Source: a virus | Length of the DNA stretch: 64,000 bases | Virus record (IMG/VR): IMGVR_UViG_3300008267_000013 | Location: 23,793-87,792 of that record | Strand: one strand, 5' to 3' | Part shown: positions 32,657-41,044 of the stretch, one piece after another | Layout of the letters: each line of letters starts with the position of its first letter | Numbering within the stretch: the stretch's first letter is position 1 | The notes under the pieces: generated by a model | The model's database searches: none | What the model was told of the DNA's origin: nothing | The model's input: the letters and a program-made list of their open reading frames with translations, nothing else | Program-made: the position numbers and the translations under genes

Positions 32657-32881
32657 ATGACGCCACGATACGAACCCGGCGATATCCTTCACCATTCAGG
32701 TATGGAAGGTATTGAGTTTTATTGTTTGGTGATGGACGTTGAGACCGTATCAAACTGTATTATAAACGGTAACTACGAACATCGTAGAATTTATACTCTT
32801 CTTTGTATGGATGACGGAGAAGTGTATAGATTCAATACAGCAAACATTGATTGTAGTGTTTATTATAGGAAGGTTGCGTAG
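32657..32881 (+). CDS. GD..KVA family protein (recent duplicate A)
   Basis: RYEPGDIL...YRKVA; own TTGACA promoter at 32622. Confidence 0.75.
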   Translation: MTPRYEPGDILHHSGMEGIEFYCLVMDVETVSNCIINGNYEHRRIYTLLCMDDGEVYRFNTANIDCSVYYRKVA

Positions 32882-32917
32882 CTTGACAACCATCACTTCT
32901 TGAGGCACTATACAACC

Positions 32918-33142
32918 ATGAAGCCCCGATACGAACCCGGTGACATCCTTTATCATCAAGGCAGCGGCTTTGGTGAATTTTATTGTTTAGTTATGGATAT
33001 CGAACACAAGACAAGACCAGATCCAAGAGGTAGAAAGTGGCCTTTTGATGTCTACGTTCTTCTTGGTATGGATGACGGCGAGACTTATACAATAAGTACT
33101 CAAAATATTGACTGTAGTGTATACTATAAAAAGGTTGCATGA
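32918..33142 (+). CDS. GD..KVA family protein (recent duplicate B)
   Basis: RYEPGDIL...YKKVA; own TTGACA promoter at 32883. Confidence 0.75.
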   Translation: MKPRYEPGDILYHQGSGFGEFYCLVMDIEHKTRPDPRGRKWPFDVYVLLGMDDGETYTISTQNIDCSVYYKKVA

Positions 33143-33345
33143 CAAAGTATCAGATAGGCGATATCATCCGTGTTGAAGTTTCTCACAGAGAAGAACCACT
33201 CATCTTCTTGATTGAAGATATTATAAATGAAAATCGGCGCGATGCCGCCCTATATTGTGTTAGAGATTTAGAATCAAACGAGACAAAGAAAGTGTTTAGC
33301 AACACCCTAGATAAACGCGATCTAACCGTTTGGAAGGTGACCTAA
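33139..33345 (+). CDS. GD..KVA family protein
   Basis: YQIGDII...WKVT. Confidence 0.7.
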   Translation: MTKYQIGDIIRVEVSHREEPLIFLIEDIINENRRDAALYCVRDLESNETKKVFSNTLDKRDLTVWKVT

Positions 33346-33539
33346 TGGAACCTCAAACTGGGGACATATGGGAATACAATTTCGACACACCAGATTATCA
33401 CTTAACATATAACCTGTTGGTGCTAGGGAGCGGCATCATGTTCAGCAATTATTATCTGTGTCTTATACTAGAAACAGGTAGCATACAAGAGGCAAGTTTC
33501 ATGCCAACACCCAAAGAAACATACGAGAAGGTTGCATGA
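33345..33539 (+). CDS. GD..KVA family protein
   Basis: PQTGDIW...YEKVA. Confidence 0.7.
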   Translation: MEPQTGDIWEYNFDTPDYHLTYNLLVLGSGIMFSNYYLCLILETGSIQEASFMPTPKETYEKVA

Positions 33540-34745
33540 TTTAAAAAACGAATAGGTAGAAGAAGTAGGAGGACGGGGGGGTCACAAAACCAAAGAAGGT
33601 ACTATTTATATATAGAAAACAAAGATAGGTTCCATGCTGAGAAGACGCACGGTGATCACCACAAAAGAAAAGGTGATCCACAGCCAAGCGGACGCATGGA
33701 CTGTGTCCATCTTCAAAGTGCAAACGAACCAGTTGATGGACGCCGGAAGCAGGATCTGAACCCTGAACCGGCTAAAAAGAGAATGAAAAACCCCACAGTC
33801 CACAGGGCGTGGAACCCCTGATAGTTTTCAAGAGGCGGCAATCACCAGGGACAAAAGATTGCTGACCACTTGGTTGGACAGATCAACTGGGGGTTTTGTT
33901 ATTAAACTAAAAGCTGGTTAGGCCCATGGTGCTGATGATGGAGCCGCAAACTAACAAACAAAAAAAGATCCAGCCACCAGTAGAGGTAGGAGGACCAGTC
34001 CCAGTCATAGAAGTAGAAGATCCTGGAGAGAGGTGAGGTATAGCACTACAAGTAGAGTAGGATAAGCACTAGTGCCAGTAGAGGTAGGAGTATACCAGGA
34101 GGGGAGGGAGTAGAGGGGAAACAAATAGATCCCATACCCACCCATCCATAAGGTAGAGGGAGTAGGGGGAGGGGTATGACTAGGTAAAGTTCTATAGCAA
34201 ACCCAGTATAATAAAAAGTGGACGAGATGGACCGGCGAAGCGGTCCTGCTCTCCCAGTTGAGGAAGAGGAAAGAATCAGATGCTAGTAAATAAGCATACT
34301 GCCCTTATACAATAGGTTGTGGTAATTGAAAAAAAGGTATACAATTGCTTATTATAAGTTATTATCTACTGGTTAAATGTGGCAATTGGTGTCAAAGCGG
34401 GGCAAGAAGTGGCATCGAGTGCCAACACAGCTTTAGCCCTTATTTTATAGGGTTTTCGAACAAGCCCATCCGGAAACCCCTTATTTTAAGCTAGATTGTG
34501 ATAAATTTTATTTTTATAACATGGATCCCCTATAGATTAAGACATAATAGAATAGCCCCTTCACCATTAAGCCTAAAATAAGGCAAAACGTGATTTCACA
34601 AAATGCCTTAAAATAAGGCACTTCCGAATATTAGACGTATATGTTGAATATATGATAAATATATATTATATGCGGCACCCCTACTCTAATAAATTTAGTA
34701 TACCACCGATGTTGGCAGGTGTCCAGTAGCGTCTATTCAATAGAT
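33540..34745. other. Long non-coding region with short repeats (candidate origin or genome-end signal)
   Basis: No credible ORF; five GTAGAG-led purine repeats; CCTTATTTTA twice and its complement twice; lies at a strand convergence. Confidence 0.45.
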
Positions 34746-34893
34746 ATGGAAAAAGGGTAAAGGGTGGGGGCTAGCCGGGTCAGTAGTCCTTTTTTTTGTT
34801 AGATAGGGCAGGAAGAAAAAAGGATATAGCAGGGGCCTAGCCCCCTCCGCTCCCCCCTTTATTAACAGGGGAGGGAAGGCTTGACTCGCGGTG

Positions 34894-35955
34894 CTACTCC
34901 TTCTTCTTGACACCCGCCAGCATGGAGGTGATGAACGGCTTGACACCCTCCTGCTTGTGGAACTTGAGAACAAACGGAAGCAGTCCCTTGCTGCTGTTCA
35001 TGTTGGTGTAGAACTTCATAGCTGCCTCAGAGGGCAGGGAGAGGAAGTACTTGCGGAGGTTTTCCATATGGTCAGCCTCCATACTGTCACCCAGCTTGCC
35101 GCTGTCGATGATCTTGTCAACCATCGCAACGTGATCGTTCAGCTTCCAGCCCTTCGTCTTTGCCTTGCCCTCCAGAATATCCTCAACCGTCACCTGAGAC
35201 TCATACTTATCGGCAAAGTCTCGGAAAGAAACAGCCGCCTCGAAACCAACGAAACCCGTGGAGATATTGAAAACAGTTGAAAGGTTACGCTTGAAATCAC
35301 CCTCCATCAGCTTGCCAGCCTCAATTGTGCGGCTCAATCGCTCCCAGCTACGACGGGAGGGATAAACCTTGCCCGGTTCAAACTCCTTTGTATGCTCAAG
35401 GTGCGCCTTATTGTGTCGGATAAAATCAACAAGGATGGGGTTGCAGCGATCCTTTGCATAATCAATCCAATCCTCAACAGACGGCTCAACATCAAAAACA
35501 GTCCAGCGGTCCAGTTCGGCAGGGTCCATATCGTTGACCTGATACTGAGCAGCGTGGATTCCACCGTTGACAGCAGCAAACAGCAGGGTATCGGGATGCA
35601 GCCTGTGACCATTAAGCTGTCGGCTGTCCGCAAGCTGGAAGAAGCCCTGCCGCACCTCAGTTGTCGCACGGTCAATCTCGTCCATGAACAGGACAACAGC
35701 CTCGCTGCACGCACGCTTGTACCAATCGGGGGGATTCCAAGCGGTCGAATCGCCGTCAATAACAGGCAAGCCAACAAGATCGCCCTCGCTCATCTGCGAG
35801 GCTCGACGTTCCACTACCGGCAAACCCTTCTTCTCGGCAAACTGGTACACCAGTTCACTCTTGCCGACACCGTGACGACCCCGGATCATAACAGGGTAAC
35901 GGCTATCAGCGATCATGTGGACAAAAGAATTAAACGTCTTGAAATCAACAGCCAT
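34894..35955 (-). CDS. MoxR-like AAA+ ATPase
   Basis: Walker A GRHGVGKS, Walker B LFMDEIDR, DLVGLP, MDPAELDRW, PSRRSW. Confidence 0.9.
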   Translation of the reverse strand: MAVDFKTFNSFVHMIADSRYPVMIRGRHGVGKSELVYQFAEKKGLPVVERRASQMSEGDLVGLPVIDGDSTAWNPPDWYKRACSEAVVLFMDEIDRATTEVRQGFFQLADSRQLNGHRLHPDTLLFAAVNGGIHAAQYQVNDMDPAELDRWTVFDVEPSVEDWIDYAKDRCNPILVDFIRHNKAHLEHTKEFEPGKVYPSRRSWERLSRTIEAGKLMEGDFKRNLSTVFNISTGFVGFEAAVSFRDFADKYESQVTVEDILEGKAKTKGWKLNDHVAMVDKIIDSGKLGDSMEADHMENLRKYFLSLPSEAAMKFYTNMNSSKGLLPFVLKFHKQEGVKPFITSMLAGVKKKE

Positions 35956-36174
35956 TGTCGGACCTCGTTGACGGCTCCATGCCGTCCATGTGGGAGAAGT
36001 TACAACGTGCAGATGGGGTTGTCAAGCAGTTGGTGGGTGGTGCATCAGCCGCGAACAGGTACACAATATTGCATGGGGGGGTTGGTGTCAAGTTGAGCGA
36101 TCATATAAAAAGGGATGGGCTGCGGGGCTAGCCCCCCTTCAAGCACCTTTTATCGGTGCCATCGGGGGTACACT

Positions 36175-37347
36175 TTAACCCTTCTTGCTATTCTTCACTT
36201 CAACAACAATCTCGTTTGTCTGGAAGTATGGACTCTCCTTACCGGCACGGTCAGTCATCCACATACGTCGGACACGGCAAGGAACAGGCGCAGGAGCCTG
36301 CATATCGGTTAAAACAATAAGCCCATCAATTTCGGGGTGCTTGTTGACCCACTTGGTTGGTGCATCGAAGTCGGTGCCGCCGCACATAACACGCTCAGTC
36401 CTGTGCTTCTGTCCTTTCTTCCATTCATACACCAGCTTATCGCCTACCTCAGTATCAAAAGGTACAACGGTGAAAGTTACCAGCTTCGACAGACCATTCA
36501 ATTCAGCAAAGAACATGGAAAGCATCTCGTCGCTAACAGAACCGCTCTGGTCAATAGCAATTGCAATATGTGCAGAATGGTTTGTCTTGCGACCGGGATG
36601 GATATATGGGAACCGCTTGTTGATACGCTTGATTGTGTTGGAACGATTCGCCCGCTGTGCGTTGCCAATAAAGTTGCGGAGGATTGCACGCCAATCAACC
36701 GATCCGTTGACGAATTGCAGGATCGCCCGCTTAACGTCCTCGTGCATATTGCCGAATCCACGGCTAGACTTGGAGGCTTCCTCGACGCCCTTCTTCATAG
36801 CCTCACGCAGACGCTCCCGTGCAATAGCCTTGCTGTCACCGTTCGCCTCGTTCTCTCCCCATCCATCGTGATCGTCAAAGGAATCCTGACCATCACCAAA
36901 GTTGGGATCATTCTCTGCCTTCTCCTCCAACAGCTTCATATATTGTTCAGCCGAGAGGTAATCATCGAAACCAAACTTGGACGGGAAAACACCAAACTCT
37001 GGAATCTCGTCCTTGATATGGCAGTTGATCGACATATCAGTTGCCATGTTCCACATACGGCTCACTTGCTTGCCATCAGGGTTGCGGCTCAATACGTGTT
37101 CAAAGATCAAGTGGTAGAACTCATGCTTGAGAACACCCGTTCGCTGCTTGTCGGGCAATCCATCAAAGAACGCTTGGTTGTATGCCATATCAAAGAAGCC
37201 GTCATCGGTGATACGAACACCAGCAGTAGGAATATTATTGTTAGGGTGCTTGTTGACAGACCGGCTCATAGCAGCAAAGAATGGCTCCTCACGCAGAAGC
37301 CGGAAAACATCATGCTCAAGGTTGTAGTCGCTCAAGGTTGTCTCCAT
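36175..37347 (-). CDS. DUF2201-type metallopeptidase plus VWA-like domain
   Basis: HEFYH, WNMATDMSIN, MIDAS DQSGS, GGTDF, VLTD. Confidence 0.88.
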   Translation of the reverse strand: METTLSDYNLEHDVFRLLREEPFFAAMSRSVNKHPNNNIPTAGVRITDDGFFDMAYNQAFFDGLPDKQRTGVLKHEFYHLIFEHVLSRNPDGKQVSRMWNMATDMSINCHIKDEIPEFGVFPSKFGFDDYLSAEQYMKLLEEKAENDPNFGDGQDSFDDHDGWGENEANGDSKAIARERLREAMKKGVEEASKSSRGFGNMHEDVKRAILQFVNGSVDWRAILRNFIGNAQRANRSNTIKRINKRFPYIHPGRKTNHSAHIAIAIDQSGSVSDEMLSMFFAELNGLSKLVTFTVVPFDTEVGDKLVYEWKKGQKHRTERVMCGGTDFDAPTKWVNKHPEIDGLIVLTDMQAPAPVPCRVRRMWMTDRAGKESPYFQTNEIVVEVKNSKKG

Positions 37348-37478
37348 GCCGCTCTGTGCGGCGTCCAGTCAATCTATGGCAAGCATCGGCACTTGTCAAG
37401 CTGGGCTGGTGGAAAAAAGATGGGTCAGAGGGGGCTGGTCCCCCTTCACCACCGTTTATTGGTGGCTCGGGGCGGCAG

Positions 37479-38108
37479 CTAGGCGATGGGCTTCCAACCG
37501 TAGACCTTTTTGTCGAGCCGATCATGGCCTTGGAAGTCTCGGAGAACTCTACCCATATCGGGCTGTCCATCGTTTGAGGGTGATAACAGCTTTGGGGGGT
37601 GGTCCCAACTATAGAGCGGACGGCTGTAGTCCTTTAGAGTGGGATGGAGCAGGCTGCGATCAAGGGTTGTGATGCAGATTGGTGCGGTGATGTTACGGCT
37701 CATATCATGGAGCGGCATAACGTTGATGTTGATATGAGCAACGTGTTGGTAGCGGATCAAATCATCACAACCATTGGGAGTTTCGGGATAGTACCCACTA
37801 GCAGACTTTAAGATGGTACGAACAGTTTTCTTGTACTTTACATTACGGTACTCAAGGTAGTTACCAAAATAGCCGTGTACGCACTCATTGGGATCAGAGA
37901 TGATGCAGTTAACATAATCGCCAGCATGATAATCATATGCTTCAATGATGGCACCTGATCCATATCCGCTGGCAATCAGGAGCTGCACTTGACGCAACCG
38001 CTCGCCTCCAACATGACGCCTAACAGCTTCAATCTGTGACAGGCGAACTCGGCAGACAGACTGGTTGTGATTGTACTCGCGGCAGTATCCACATTGACGA
38101 TCACCCAT
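37479..38108 (-). CDS. Hypothetical protein with N-terminal zinc knuckle
   Basis: CGYC...HNQSVC; GGAGG RBS. Confidence 0.7.
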   Translation of the reverse strand: MGDRQCGYCREYNHNQSVCRVRLSQIEAVRRHVGGERLRQVQLLIASGYGSGAIIEAYDYHAGDYVNCIISDPNECVHGYFGNYLEYRNVKYKKTVRTILKSASGYYPETPNGCDDLIRYQHVAHININVMPLHDMSRNITAPICITTLDRSLLHPTLKDYSRPLYSWDHPPKLLSPSNDGQPDMGRVLRDFQGHDRLDKKVYGWKPIA

Positions 38109-38118
38109 GATTGGCCTC

Positions 38119-38310
38119 CTAAGCAGCTATATAGAACGGATTGTCGGGTAGGTCAAGTCCAAAAGGGCTTGTGTAGGTTGAATACGTCCCATCGTTCAAT
38201 ACATAGATATGTAGCTGGTGGACATCGTTTGGATATACCTTATCCTCATAGATTAACCAGTATGTCCCATCATGCTTTCTACATAGGATATCACCAACTT
38301 GGACCATCAT
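38119..38310 (-). CDS. GD..xA family protein
   Basis: VQVGDIL...YIAA. Confidence 0.65.
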   Translation of the reverse strand: MMVQVGDILCRKHDGTYWLIYEDKVYPNDVHQLHIYVLNDGTYSTYTSPFGLDLPDNPFYIAA

Positions 38311-38642
38311 GCCTTGCCCTTGTGGTTAGCTACACCAGAAAAGGTTGCCACAGTTTCGAACTTGATACCAGTTTCCTTGGCACGATATGCCAATTGACAG
38401 TTCTTACCTGTATTCAGGCCGCTATTAGCCGCCCAATAACGGAGGTAGTCTTTTCTATCATCCTGTGATTGGAACCGCAAGATCTGGACTTGGGCCTGCT
38501 TACCCTCTCCAGAAGAGATACCAGCATAACGAACAGTAGACTCCTCAGAACAAATTTCACAATGGGTGGAGAGGCCACCAGCACGACGCTTGGCAGGCGA
38601 ACGATGATCAAACTGTTCGCCGCACACTTGACAGGTTCTCAT
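38307..38642 (-). CDS. Hypothetical Zn-finger protein
   Basis: CQVC...CEIC; ATGA overlaps. Confidence 0.65.
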   Translation of the reverse strand: MRTCQVCGEQFDHRSPAKRRAGGLSTHCEICSEESTVRYAGISSGEGKQAQVQILRFQSQDDRKDYLRYWAANSGLNTGKNCQLAYRAKETGIKFETVATFSGVANHKGKA

Positions 38643-38830
38643 GCTAACTTCCTCCACTTAATTCTTTCAAACTGATTATCCAAGTCCATGAACCAATCCC
38701 CAACCTCACCATCTTCAAGTTTCAAGCACAGATGGTAATCGAGATCATCGATATAGTCAAGCACAAGCAGGGTGGCAGTTCCATACTGGGGATAACTATA
38801 TTCCCAGATGTCACCAATGTTGACAGTCAT
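38639..38830 (-). CDS. GD..xA family protein
   Basis: VNIGDIW...WRKLA. Confidence 0.7.
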   Translation of the reverse strand: MTVNIGDIWEYSYPQYGTATLLVLDYIDDLDYHLCLKLEDGEVGDWFMDLDNQFERIKWRKLA

Positions 38831-39015
38831 GCCAGCACCTTAAACTCTGCCATGCCAAACTGGTATCTAACGTTTCTACCATTAGTCAGCGAGATAGTAT
38901 CGTAAATATATCCATCTACATCCTTATCAAGCCTGACAATAAGAAAAATATTATCGTCTCTATCCCAATCGTACTGGACAATATCCCCGACATGGCACAG
39001 CGGTTCGTTGCTCAT
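38827..39015 (-). CDS. GD..xA family protein
   Basis: HVGDIV...KVLA. Confidence 0.7.
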   Translation of the reverse strand: MSNEPLCHVGDIVQYDWDRDDNIFLIVRLDKDVDGYIYDTISLTNGRNVRYQFGMAEFKVLA

Positions 39016-39115
39016 GAGAGAAACCTACAGCGGGGCAGTTGGGTTGTCAAGCGGCAGAAAACGATAAAAGGGTAGGAGAGGGGGACTAGCCCCTCTCGTA
39101 GCGGGTATTTCTAGA

Positions 39116-39190
39116 TGGTGCTTTCGGGAAGAGTTGCACTTCCATCACGAACTTTACAAGAGTTGTATTTTGCTATTAAACTACGAAAGC
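39116..39190 (-). tRNA. tRNA-Thr(UGU)
   Basis: Cloverleaf GCTTTCG/CGAAAGC+ACCA; loop CTTGTAA; atypical T-loop TGCAACT. Confidence 0.8.
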
Positions 39191-39262
39191 TAGGAGTAAT
39201 AAGCACTAATTACATTATATAGTATACCACAAATAGAATAGTATTTAAATGTTTTTTGTTGT

Positions 39263-39334
39263 TGGAGGCCCGTGAGCGAGTTGAACGCTCTTAGCAGATT
39301 TAGAAGATCCGCCGCTGAATCCGTCAGACGGGCC
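39263..39334 (-). tRNA. tRNA-Arg(UCU)
   Basis: GGCCCGT/ACGGGCC+TCCA; loop CTTCTAA; TTCAACT T-loop; short D-arm. Confidence 0.85.
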
Positions 39335-39339
39335 ATAAA

Positions 39340-39855
39340 CTATCTTTTCTTGCTCAGACGTTCTTTTTTCTTTTTTTCATTATTGGCAGATTTGCATAAT
39401 TCACACCTACATTTTCTATATTGATAGGTATTAGGTGTTCCGTGAACCCAAGTAGAGGGATCACTTGTTGTACCACCTCTGGTGGTTACTTGTTTTGTCT
39501 GTCCGTATTTTCCGGCACACTCTCTAGAACAGAATGGACCAGCTTTGCCCTTCTTAATGTTTCCTCTTACATCACGCGCTTCTCTTATAAATTCTTTTTC
39601 ACAAAGTGGACAAATATGTTTACTAAGTTCAGCAATAGGAGCGTGCATCCTACTATGTTCTTCTCTTGATAGTATCTCTAGGTTCTCTATCCTATTATCT
39701 AGTTTGTTTTCATTTAGATGATGCACAACTTCATCAGTAGTCAGTCTCCTACCAATATGTTGTTCCATAATCCAACGATGTTCTAGATAATATCTAGATT
39801 TACCATCTATCTTAACGCAAATATACTTGTAACCTTCTTTAGAAACGTGTGGCAT
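39340..39855 (-). CDS. HNH homing endonuclease
   Basis: EHRWIMEQHIGR...VVHHLNENKLDNRIENL plus C-terminal Zn motifs; AT-rich. Confidence 0.9.
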   Translation of the reverse strand: MPHVSKEGYKYICVKIDGKSRYYLEHRWIMEQHIGRRLTTDEVVHHLNENKLDNRIENLEILSREEHSRMHAPIAELSKHICPLCEKEFIREARDVRGNIKKGKAGPFCSRECAGKYGQTKQVTTRGGTTSDPSTWVHGTPNTYQYRKCRCELCKSANNEKKKKERLSKKR

Positions 39856-39924
39856 AATTACCTCCTATTAGCCCCTCTACCATAATTAGTTAGTTGTGGC
39901 GGAAAAGGCTAACAGGAGGTGTCA

Positions 39925-40221
39925 TGGTCCCAGCTGAGCGAGTCGAACGCTCAATCCCGTAAGGGCGGTTGATTTTCTTACCACTTCAGCTTTCGCTGCC
40001 ATCTTTCGATGTTTGTGGTCTGGACTATGCCTTCACCTTTTAATCTTTCGATCAGTCAGGTGGGTGCCGTCTAGTCTCTACACGTTCTAGATATTTCTAT
40101 CTAGCTTCGCTCGGCGTTGCCAGTTAAGGGTTCACCGAATTTGACACCATTCAGATAGAGGATTTCGCCTCTACTGCTCAATTAAATAAGTCAACTGTGT
40201 ATGCCATTCCACCAAGCTGGG
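39925..40221 (-). tRNA. tRNA-Leu(UAA) with group I intron
   Basis: Exons join as GTTGA-CTT|AAAA-TCAAC; long variable arm; ACCA end. Confidence 0.92.
39977..40187 (-). ncRNA. Group I intron (compact, IC3-like) in tRNA-Leu
   Basis: AAATTCGGTGAA, GTAGAGACTAGACGG, GGCATAGTCCA core; terminal G; P1 CTT/GAG. Confidence 0.9.
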
Positions 40222-40257
40222 TTAATCTTAGTTACTAATTTTCAAAGAAGTACTCAG

Positions 40258-40549
40258 TACGACCCCTGGGAATTGAACCCAGACTCTCTCGATTATCCTG
40301 CCACTATGGCTTTCGCCACCCTTTCGGTTTGTGGTCTGGACTATGCCTTCATCTTCGCCATTACGCGGTCAGACGGGTGATTATAGTCTCTGCACGTCCT
40401 GCTTTCGCAGTTTCGCTCAATGTTGGGACGGATAACTAATTGCAAGTATATCCAGACCGTTCGTTGAATTTACACCATTCAGTATAATATTTCTACTATA
40501 CTGCTCATATTTCTAAGTCGAGTGCTTTCACCAATTAAGCTAGGGTCGT
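40258..40549 (-). tRNA. tRNA-Ile(UAU) with group I intron; no encoded CCA
   Basis: Exons join as CTCGA-CTT|ATAA-TCGAG; acceptor ACGACCC/GGGTCGT. Confidence 0.82.
40297..40514 (-). ncRNA. Group I intron in tRNA-Ile
   Basis: GCAGAGACTATAA, GAAGGCATAGTCCAGACCACAAAC core; P1 CTT/GAG; P10 ATA/TAT. Confidence 0.9.
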
Positions 40550-40685
40550 ACTCAGTACTTCTCTTTCAACCTTACAAGAGGCAGTCTATCACACCTCCGT
40601 CACACTTTCAAGTTCTTTCTCAAACTTTCTTTTGATTCCCTGCCGGGGCAGAACTTCAACCACCAGCAGGGATCAACTTCAACCT

Positions 40686-40716
40686 ATCTTAGTGGCTATC
40701 GGGCGGGTTGTCAAGT
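40686..40716 (-). promoter_or_regulatory. Sigma70 promoter; direct repeat of 41484-41514
   Basis: TTGACA-ACCCGCCCGATAGCCAC-TAAGAT; points toward the tRNA cluster. Confidence 0.8.
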
Positions 40717-40847
40717 GATCGGACACAACGAACCCGGTTCGTATTGCTCACGCCGTCGTTGCGCGGGTTGCCGTAGCCGAAGTCCAAGCCCCTGCCATGC
40801 TCCACATCGGCCAGCCGCTCGATCTCGTCCAGTTGCTCGGGGGTCAT
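40689..40847 (-). CDS. Small ORF ending in a DGR variable-repeat-like Lcl tail
   Basis: MTPEQLDEIERL...DFGYGNPRNDGVSNTNRVRCVR. Confidence 0.6.
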   Translation of the reverse strand: MTPEQLDEIERLADVEHGRGLDFGYGNPRNDGVSNTNRVRCVRSLDNPPDSH

Positions 40848-41044
40848 TTCCACTCCGTAAGACCACGAATGGCGAAGAGCTTGTCGCACGCCGCCTTCCA
40901 GTCCATCTCTTTCCGCTCCAGCAGGAACTCAAGCCTCACGATCTCGGCGTTCGCTTGCCGCAGGGCTTTGATGAGCTTCATCGGGATACCGTTCGGGTCC
41001 GACGATGCCAGAAGCTCGTACTCGTTCAGTTGCTGTGGGGTCAT
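40844..41044 (-). CDS. Hypothetical protein
   Basis: MTPQQLNEYELL; GGAGG RBS; ATGA overlap. Confidence 0.65.
   Translation of the reverse strand: MTPQQLNEYELLASSDPNGIPMKLIKALRQANAEIVRLEFLLERKEMDWKAACDKLFAIRGLTEWK

Larger units (their letters stand above)
27788..33539 (+). repeat. Tandem array of 24 small GD[IVL]...KVA paralogous genes
   Basis: Mostly 60-80 aa ORFs, N-terminal xGD[IVL], 18 of 24 ending [VL]A, many joined by ATGA/TAATG overlaps. Confidence 0.9.

Noticed and set aside
27788-33539. KVA as merely a by-product of an overlapping Shine-Dalgarno or attC-like DNA repeat
   Set aside because: Synonymous codon variation, and retention where no gene overlaps, point to protein-level selection, although AAGG may contribute at some junctions.
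35392-37482. Long + strand ORFs (234, 228, 381 aa)
   Set aside because: Antisense shadows of the ATPase and VWA genes, with no RBS or motifs.
40258-40549. tRNA-Ile(GAU) reading
   Set aside because: It would misplace the P1 U-G pair and P10 relative to the two sister introns.
40719-40796. This repeat as the DGR template repeat
   Set aside because: It has non-A bases (GGC, CCG, GAC) where the other copy has A, which a template should not.
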